A stretch of 64,000 bases of DNA from an uncultured Acidobacteriaceae bacterium. GTDB taxonomy: Bacteria; Acidobacteriota; Terriglobia; Terriglobales; Acidobacteriaceae. Below the pieces are notes generated by a model. That model was not told the DNA's origin and searched no databases. It saw nothing but the letters and a program-made list of their open reading frames with translations. Position numbers and translations under genes: made by a program. The stretch is taken from assembly GCA_964236655.1 (NCBI GenBank), contig CAXSFX010000002.1, positions 3,809 through 67,808 of the forward strand, in the 5' to 3' direction. Shown in pieces: positions 57,567 to 64,000 of the stretch; position 1 is the stretch's first letter; every line of letters begins with the position of its first letter.

Positions 57567-58685
57567 TCAAGCGTGCTGCAACTGCGAACCCCGCGCCATC
57601 ACCGGCCAATCCGTATACCCGCGCTCATCCCCGCCGTACCAGTACTCCTTGGGAGCATCCGCCACAGGCGCACCCGTCTTCAACCGCTCCACCAGGTCAG
57701 GATTCGCTAAGAACGCGCGCCCGATCGCAAACAAATCCGCATTTCCCTCAGCCAGCTGCTTGTCCGCCAGCTCCAGCGAAAAGCCGTTGTTATCAATAAA
57801 CGTGCGCCCAAACCGCCGCCGCAGCGCGACAAAGTCCACAGCATCATCCGGCACTTCGCGGCTCTGATACGCCGTACCCTCCACCACATGCAGGTACACC
57901 AGCCCCAGCTTGGCCAGTCCCTCCGCAAACAAGCCATACGTCTCATTCGGCGTGCTGTCCAGCGGAGTCGTCCCCGGCTGCGTGCCGCCCGGCGTCAGCC
58001 GAATACCCACCCTGCTCACATCCCCGAAGCCGTCGATCACAGCCCGCGTAGCCTCCAGAGGAAAGCGAACGCGGTTCTCAATCGACCCGCCATACTCATC
58101 CATGCGCGCATTCGTGCTATCCCGCGAAAACTGGTCCAGCAGGTAGCTGTTGGCCGCATGGATCTCCACCCCGTCAAAGCCCGCCCGCCTCGCATTGGCC
58201 GCGGCCTTGCGATAATCCTCCGCGATGCCGGGCATCTCGCCGGTCTCAAGCGCACGCGGCATAACATGGTCCACAAGGCCGTCATTTGTAAACGCCTTGC
58301 CGATAGGTTTAATAGCCGAAGGCGCAACCGGCAGCACCCAGCCCGGCTGCAGACTCGGGTGCGAAATGCGCCCGGTATGCCACAGCTGCATAAAGAACAA
58401 CCCGCCCGCCTTGTGCACGGCCTCGGTAATCGGCTTCCAAGCCTCCACCTGCGCCTCACTCCAAATGCCCGGCGTCTTGGCATACCCGCGCGCCTGCGCC
58501 GAGATGTTGGTAGCCTCGCTGACAATCAAACCCGCGCTGGCCCGCTGCGCGTAATACTCCGCAGCATAAGCAGGCGGCACCCCCTCCTCGTCAGAGCGCG
58601 AGCGAGTCAGCGGTGCCATCACAATGCGATTCTCAAGCAAAAGCGGCCCAAGCTGGTAGGGCTGAAACAGTACCTCATGCGACAT
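57567..58685 (-). CDS. Old yellow enzyme / alkene reductase (NemA-like)
   Basis: NRIVMAPLTRSR, QLWHTGR, GFDGVEIHAANSYLLDQF, GRAFLANPDL, GYTDWP. Confidence 0.93.
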   Translation of the reverse strand: MSHEVLFQPYQLGPLLLENRIVMAPLTRSRSDEEGVPPAYAAEYYAQRASAGLIVSEATNISAQARGYAKTPGIWSEAQVEAWKPITEAVHKAGGLFFMQLWHTGRISHPSLQPGWVLPVAPSAIKPIGKAFTNDGLVDHVMPRALETGEMPGIAEDYRKAAANARRAGFDGVEIHAANSYLLDQFSRDSTNARMDEYGGSIENRVRFPLEATRAVIDGFGDVSRVGIRLTPGGTQPGTTPLDSTPNETYGLFAEGLAKLGLVYLHVVEGTAYQSREVPDDAVDFVALRRRFGRTFIDNNGFSLELADKQLAEGNADLFAIGRAFLANPDLVERLKTGAPVADAPKEYWYGGDERGYTDWPVMARGSQLQHA

Positions 58686-58934
58686 AGAAGATCCTTTTTT
58701 CAAAAAGTGTAAGCAGCAGGATTGCTGTAAAAATTTGTATTGTTACAGATGCTTTCTGATCGGGAACGATGCGGCCGCCGATGCTACGGCACCTTCGCAG
58801 TATCTCGGATTCGCATGGATCAAGCATCCGCAAAAAAGTCTACGGAGCGCGGCGACTCAGATCCGCATTTGAAACAGGGATCTCGCAACACCAACATTCC
58901 TGCAAACACAAACCTGCAAACACAAAACATTAAA

Positions 58935-59170
58935 GGTGTCATCCTGAGCAAAGCCGAAGGACCCGCTTTGGCCGTGGTACCCCGCGCCGTGCCCAAGAGG
59001 AGCGCATGCAGAGAACCAAAAAGGTGCCATCCTGAGCGAAGTCGAAAGACCTGCTGTGACCTTGAAACTCCGAAGCATACCCAAGAGGGGCGCATGCAGA
59101 AAATTAAAAGGTGTCATCCTGAGCAAAGCCGAAGGACCCGCTTTAACCTTGGAACTTCGCACCATACCCA
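58935..59170 (+). repeat. Three ~87-bp tandem units, each containing a REP
   Basis: REP cores at 58938, 59026 and 59113, with shared downstream ..CCCAAGAGG.GCGCATGCAGA..AAAAGG linkers. Confidence 0.88.
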
Positions 59171-59299
59171 GGAGACAGCCGACTCCATTTGCCACATACA
59201 CACCAACTTCCGCACAGAATGACACAGTATTCCCGTAGAAGTTCCACACAAAAACACTGTGCACACCTTCTGATCAACAAGAGCTCATCCTAAAAAAGG

Positions 59300-59330
59300 G
59301 TCATCCTGAGCGAAGCGAAGGATCTGCTTT
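59300..59330 (+). repeat. REP-like repeat
   Basis: GTCATCCTGAGCGAAGCGAAGGATCTGCTTT, preceded by a partial TCATCCT. Confidence 0.88.
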
Positions 59331-59464
59331 AGCCCTGCCTTGTCCTTGCCTCCCCTAACCAGCCCCACCCCTCTGCCCACTCTCCAAGCATCCCCCGCGC
59401 CCAAGTACGGTACACTCCCGCCTATCGCCCCCGAGCATTCCAGCACAGGAGCCGGACCATAAAT

Positions 59465-61303
59465 ATGACGGACACGCCCCCCAACCAAGCCCCGCACAAC
59501 ACCCGCCGCCGCTTCCTCCGGCAAACCGCACTCACCTTGGCCGGTGCCGCCGTCGCCCCCGCCGCGCTCGCCCAGACCGCCGCAAATACAACCGACAAAG
59601 CCCTGCCACCCGGCACGCCCCCTGCCTTCGGCACTGCCCCCGCAGCAGGCCCCCAGGTTTCCACAGACACCTTCGCACAAGCGGAAAAACTGGTCCAAGC
59701 CCCACTCACCGCAAAAGACCGCGCCCAGGCAGCAGGCAACTGGCGGCAAGCCATGGCCCCACTCTACGAGCGCCGCGTAGGCCCGCGCACCGTGCCCCTG
59801 CCCGACTCCGTAGCCCCCGCAACCGTGTGGAACCCGCTGCTCCCAGGCGAAACGCTCACTGCCCACGGTTCCGCCTTCATCGCCGCCCCCATCCCCCCAT
59901 GCCCGCTCCCCATTAATGACACAGACATCGCCTTTGCCGCAGTCCCGCAACTCAGCGCCTGGATACAAGCAAAACAGCTCACCTCCGAGCGCCTCACCGG
60001 CATCTATCTCACCCGCCTCAAGCAATACGGCCCCAAGCTGCACTGTGTCATCACCCTCACAGAAGAACTAGCCCTCGCACAAGCAAAACAAGCCGACGCC
60101 GAACTGGCCGCAGGCCGCTCCCGAGGCCCGCTCCACGGCATCCCCTGGGGCGCAAAAGACCTCCTCGACACAGCAGGCATCCCCACCACCTACGGCGCAG
60201 AGCCTTTCCGCAACCGCATCCCCCGGCAAGACGCAGTAGTCGTCACCCGCCTCCGCGAAGCAGGCGCAGTCCTCGTAGCCAAGCTCTCCCTCGGCGCACT
60301 CGCCCTCAACGACATCTGGTTCGGCGGTCAAACCCTCAACCCTTGGAACCTCGACGAAGGCTCCTCCGGCTCCAGCGCCGGCCCCGGCTCCGCAGTCGCC
60401 GCAGGCCTCGTAGGCTTCGCCATCGGCTCTGAAACAGGAGGCTCCATCGTCGCACCATCCATGCGCTGCGGCGTAGCAGGCCTGCGCCCCACCTATGGTC
60501 GCGTCGCCCGCACCGGTGCCATGACACTCTGCTGGTCCCTCGACAAACTAGGCCCCATGGCCCGCGGCGTCCTCGACACCATGCTGGTCCTCCAGGCCAT
60601 CACCGGCCCCGACGCGGCAGATGTAGCCAGCGTCCCCAGCACCCTCGCCTTCGATTCCGGCAAATCCGTGCAGGGCCTGCGCGTAGGCTACTTCCCCAAC
60701 TGGCTCACCGAGCCGCCCGCCACCGACGTAGACCGCGCCGCCTTCGCCGCTCTCCCCAAACTCGGCATGGTCCCCGTCCCCGTCACCCTCCCCGACTGGC
60801 CCTACGACTCGCTCGACCTGATCCTGTTCGCCGAAGCCGCCGCGGCTTTCGAGGAGCTCACCCTCTCCCACAAAGTCGACCAACTCACCATGCAGGTCCC
60901 CGACGCCTGGCCCAACTCCTTCCGCCAGGCTCGCTTCCTCTCCGCAGTCGACTACGTCCAAGCCGACCGCATGCGCCGCCGCGTCGCCCAGGAAATGGCC
61001 CGCATCTTCCGCGAAGTAGACGTCCTGCTGGTCCCCTCACTCCGCGACGAAATGCTCACCCTCACCAACTTCACCGGCCACCCGTCCCTCACCCTCCGCG
61101 CCGGCTTCGTCGAAATCAGCGAAGCCCGCAGCGACTGGGCCCCCGACCCCACCCACCCCCTGCCGAAGTTCTCCCCACTCCGCCGCGTCCCGCACGGCGT
61201 CACCTTCATAGGCCGCCTCTTCGACGAAGGCACCGTAGCCAACGCCGCCATGGCCCTGGAGCAAGCCATGGCCGTAGCCGCCGCCCGCCCCCAGGGCTTT
61301 TAA
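59465..61303 (+). CDS. Tat-exported amidase-signature family enzyme
   Basis: TRRRFL Tat motif; GPLHGIPWGAKD, GSSAG and IGSETGGSI (Lys-cisSer-Ser triad). Confidence 0.92.
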   Translation: MTDTPPNQAPHNTRRRFLRQTALTLAGAAVAPAALAQTAANTTDKALPPGTPPAFGTAPAAGPQVSTDTFAQAEKLVQAPLTAKDRAQAAGNWRQAMAPLYERRVGPRTVPLPDSVAPATVWNPLLPGETLTAHGSAFIAAPIPPCPLPINDTDIAFAAVPQLSAWIQAKQLTSERLTGIYLTRLKQYGPKLHCVITLTEELALAQAKQADAELAAGRSRGPLHGIPWGAKDLLDTAGIPTTYGAEPFRNRIPRQDAVVVTRLREAGAVLVAKLSLGALALNDIWFGGQTLNPWNLDEGSSGSSAGPGSAVAAGLVGFAIGSETGGSIVAPSMRCGVAGLRPTYGRVARTGAMTLCWSLDKLGPMARGVLDTMLVLQAITGPDAADVASVPSTLAFDSGKSVQGLRVGYFPNWLTEPPATDVDRAAFAALPKLGMVPVPVTLPDWPYDSLDLILFAEAAAAFEELTLSHKVDQLTMQVPDAWPNSFRQARFLSAVDYVQADRMRRRVAQEMARIFREVDVLLVPSLRDEMLTLTNFTGHPSLTLRAGFVEISEARSDWAPDPTHPLPKFSPLRRVPHGVTFIGRLFDEGTVANAAMALEQAMAVAAARPQGF

Positions 61304-61321
61304 GCATCGTTAGTAGTAGAC

Positions 61322-61356
61322 TTGCTCAGTTTTCGTATCTACGGTAACGTACATAC
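61322..61356 (+). promoter_or_regulatory. Promoter/operator of the TA operon (leaderless candidate)
   Basis: TTGCTC-N17-TAACGT-N6-ATG; palindrome CGTA-tc-TACG inside the spacer. Confidence 0.5.
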
Positions 61357-61647
61357 ATGAGGTTCGTCTGGGACCGTGAGAAGGATCGCAAAAACCGACA
61401 TCTGCACAAAGTGAGCTTCGAGAGCGCTACCAGGGTATTCGACGACCCCGGACTGCTTCTGCGGCAAGATCGCTTTCTCGACAACGAGCAGCGATGGCAT
61501 GCAGTTGGCTATGCAGAAGGGGAATTGATGCTGCTGGTCGTTCACACAATCCACGATGAAGACGAGCAAGTAATCCGGCTGATCTCAGCCCGAAAGGTGA
61601 CTCGAAATGAGCGAGCTGAATACTACGAAGATGGTAGTCCGTACTGA
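61357..61647 (+). CDS. brnT: BrnT-family toxin
   Basis: MRFVWDREK...N..KH-like, VSFESA..VFDDP, EQRW..VG, LVVHT, IRLISARK. Confidence 0.92.
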   Translation: MRFVWDREKDRKNRHLHKVSFESATRVFDDPGLLLRQDRFLDNEQRWHAVGYAEGELMLLVVHTIHDEDEQVIRLISARKVTRNERAEYYEDGSPY

Positions 61648-61921
61648 AGCCGATCTCCGCAAACCCCTTACCAAGCGACAAAAGGCAGAACTCGCAGCAC
61701 TCGCCGCGATGCCCGACTCTGAAATCAACCTCGTTGATATCCCGGAGCTGCCGGCCGGATGGCGTAAGACCGCCCGCCCCTTCCACGAAATCTTCAAGCC
61801 CCGCAAAGAGGCCATCTCCATCCGCGTAGACGCCGACATCCTCGAATGGCTCAAAGCAGGTGGCGAGGGCTGGCAAACCCGCATCAACGGCATCCTCCGC
61901 GAGCAGATGCAAAAGCGATAA
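61607..61921 (+). CDS. brnA: BrnA-family antitoxin
   Basis: D..I...DIPEL, KEAISIRVDADILEWLKA.GEGWQTRIN.ILR ribbon-helix-helix C-terminus; overlaps the toxin gene. Confidence 0.92.
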   Translation: MSELNTTKMVVRTEADLRKPLTKRQKAELAALAAMPDSEINLVDIPELPAGWRKTARPFHEIFKPRKEAISIRVDADILEWLKAGGEGWQTRINGILREQMQKR

Positions 61922-61963
61922 AGGCCCGGTAATGAAAAACTTCTTAAACAACCGGAAATTAGG

Positions 61964-61995
61964 GTCATCCTGAGCACAGCGAAGGATCTGCTTTT
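61964..61995 (+). repeat. REP-like repeat
   Basis: GTCATCCTGAGCACAGCGAAGGATCTGCTTTT. Confidence 0.85.
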
Positions 61996-62052
61996 ACCTC
62001 ATTTCCGCATACATCAGGCATACTCTGATCCTGCAACAAGAGGTGAACAAGC

Positions 62053-62925
62053 ATGATCGTCGTGACAGGTGCGACCGGACAGTTAGGCCGCCAAATCGTG
62101 GAAGGTCTTCTCACAAAACTTCCAAGTGATCAAATCGCAGTAAGCGTCCAAAATCCGAAACAGGCTGAAAATTTTAAGGGGCGCGGCATCCGTATGTGCA
62201 AGGGTGACTTCGCAGACCCGGGGAGCTTGACAGAAGCGTTTGACGACGCTGAACAAGTGCTGATTGTCTCCGTAAACAAATTCGGGGAAGAGGCCATCCG
62301 GCAGCATGGCAATGCGATCCAGGCAGCTAAAAACGCCGGTGCGAAACGCATCCTCTACACCAGCCACCAGGGAGCGAATCCCTCATCCGCCTTTGTCCCG
62401 GCGAGAAATCACGCAGCCACAGAAGCGCTGCTTCAATCGTCCGGCGTTCCGTATGTCTCGCTACGCAACGGCTTCTATGCGGAGTCGGCGCTGTTCCAGC
62501 TGGGCGGTCTGAAACAGGTAGGAAAGATCTCCCTTCCCAAAGATGGACCGGTCTCCTGGACCGCACGCGCCGACCTTGCGGAAGCCGCAGTCGCGGCGCT
62601 CACCGACCCCGGACTCTTCGACGGGATCTCGCCGCCGTTGACCGGCTCCCACACACTGGACTTCGCGGACATCGCAAAGATGGCCTCGGAGATTCTCGGA
62701 CGCGACATCATACGGGAGACAGTCAGCGATGAAGAGTATCGGACGACCCTGATCTCGCACGGTCTTCCCGAGATGATGGCCGATGGCCTCGGAAGCCTCT
62801 ACAAAGCATCCCGAGCGCACGAATTTGCAGTTATCGATCTAGCCCTGGAGCGTCTGCTAGGCCGCAATCCCACAGCTATGAAAGATGTTCTAAATGACTT
62901 TCTGTCGATCGAAACCGGATTTTGA
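62053..62925 (+). CDS. NmrA-like atypical SDR (QorB/YtfG-like NAD(P)H-binding oxidoreductase)
   Basis: MIVVTGATGQLG, AAKNAG..RILYTS, LRNGFY, R.DLAEAA and LLGRNP. Confidence 0.88.
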   Translation: MIVVTGATGQLGRQIVEGLLTKLPSDQIAVSVQNPKQAENFKGRGIRMCKGDFADPGSLTEAFDDAEQVLIVSVNKFGEEAIRQHGNAIQAAKNAGAKRILYTSHQGANPSSAFVPARNHAATEALLQSSGVPYVSLRNGFYAESALFQLGGLKQVGKISLPKDGPVSWTARADLAEAAVAALTDPGLFDGISPPLTGSHTLDFADIAKMASEILGRDIIRETVSDEEYRTTLISHGLPEMMADGLGSLYKASRAHEFAVIDLALERLLGRNPTAMKDVLNDFLSIETGF

Positions 62926-62997
62926 TAACGGGATTGGGGGCGAGAACATAAAGGGACACTTCTCAATTTTGCTCGGATCGACGCAACCATAAGAAGC

Positions 62998-63780
62998 CTA
63001 CCGCGCCGTCCACCCTCCATCAATCAACAACGTGTGCCCCGTAATCAGCGAAGCCGCAGCGGAAGCCAGAAACACAACCGCACCCGCAACCTCGGGCGGC
63101 TCCCCAATCCGGTGCAACCCGGCAATATTTTCAACCGTCTCCGCATAAAAAACAGGATCGGCAAGCGCAGCCTCCGTCCCCGGCGTCCGAATAAACGTAG
63201 GCGCAACCGCATTCACGCGAATCCCGTACTTACCCCACTCCACCGCCAGGCACTTCGTCAGGTGCGAGATCGCCGCCTTCGTCATGCAGTACACCGACTC
63301 GGTCGGCAACGCCGCAAACCCCGCCTGCGAGCCCATATTGATAATCGTGCTCCCGCGCTGCTCAATCATGATGCGCCCTGCAGCCTGGCTAGCGAAAAAC
63401 GTACCCTTCAGGTTAATCGCCAGCGTGCGGTCAAAATCCTCCTCGCGCACATTCTCAGCAAGGTTCGTCGGCGCAACCCCAGCATTGTTCACCAGGATGT
63501 CGAGCCGCCCGAAGTGTTCCGCAGCCTTCTCAATCGCCCCTCGAACCTGCCCGGTATCGCCCATGTCCATCTGTAACGGCAACACCCGCCGCCCGCGCGC
63601 CGCAATCTCCGCAGCCAGCCCGCCATCCTGCTCCAGATCGCGCAGTCCAATGGCAACATCCGCTCCGGCCTCAGCCAGCGCCAACGCAATAGCCCGCCCC
63701 AACCCACGCCCCGCCGCAGTCACCAGCGCAATCTGCCCATCCAGCATGAAAGACGGTAACGCCTTTACAACTTCACTCAT
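62998..63780 (-). CDS. Classical SDR oxidoreductase
   Basis: ALVTAAGRGLG, DILVNNAG, YCMTK, VNAVAP and IDGGWTA. Confidence 0.9.
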   Translation of the reverse strand: MSEVVKALPSFMLDGQIALVTAAGRGLGRAIALALAEAGADVAIGLRDLEQDGGLAAEIAARGRRVLPLQMDMGDTGQVRGAIEKAAEHFGRLDILVNNAGVAPTNLAENVREEDFDRTLAINLKGTFFASQAAGRIMIEQRGSTIINMGSQAGFAALPTESVYCMTKAAISHLTKCLAVEWGKYGIRVNAVAPTFIRTPGTEAALADPVFYAETVENIAGLHRIGEPPEVAGAVVFLASAAASLITGHTLLIDGGWTAR

Positions 63781-64000
63781 ATCCCGATTCCTTCTACCCT
63801 TCACTCGCACTCGATACTACATTGAGAGTTATCGCACTCGTTTCAGAGACAGCTTTACTGCGCCGGGTCAACTTTAAGCAGCGTTTGTTCGACTGGGGCA
63901 TGGTTGCCAATGCAGACATGGCCCGGGAGAAAGCTATGGGTAGTACGAAACCGTGCCTGGATCGTTTCAGGTATGGCATTAATTAGCTTGTTCAACAAAG

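Noticed and set aside
58740-59264. ORFs of 91-160 aa in the nemA/amidase intergenic region
   Set aside because: They are read-throughs of the 87-bp REP repeats, with no RBS or protein-like features.
61357-62925. Prophage or integron cassette around brnTA
   Set aside because: No integrase, phage genes or recognisable attC (RYYYAAC..GTTRRRY) structure.
63794-64000. Gene fragment at the window end
   Set aside because: Open frames exist on both strands, but none is recognisable or supportable.

Overview
A GC-rich bacterial chromosomal window, most likely from an Acidobacteriota (Terriglobia, Granulicella/Terriglobus-like) genome. This is inferred from three Oar/CarboxypepD_reg-type TonB-dependent receptors and the repeat families. 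It holds about 42 CDS: two RND efflux loci, several secreted carbohydrate- and phosphate-active enzymes, a methyltransferase-DUF2064-GT87-GT2 operon, a hexuronate cluster (uxaE, SDR, uxaC, exuT) ending in an orphan larB, a TonB receptor-Tat amine oxidase-secreted Rid locus with a Tat aminotransferase, and a BrnT/BrnA toxin-antitoxin pair. I saw no rRNA, tRNA, CRISPR-cas, integrase or transposase. The most unusual non-coding signal is a GTCATCCTGAGCG..CGAAGGATCTGCTTTT REP-like family. Twelve of 13 near-complete copies lie on the + strand. Several copies cap polarised tandem arrays of degenerate REP 'heads' (31-bp x13, 37-bp x6; also an 87-bp x3 run), and two arrays share a 5' leader (AAGCAAAAGCAGGGT). 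Other candidates are an RPPP-ended membrane uORF (possible arrest peptide) ahead of an RND operon, a putative periplasmic amino-acid oxidation/imine-detox module, and larB coupled to uronate catabolism. All product calls come from reading motifs by eye; no searches were run.
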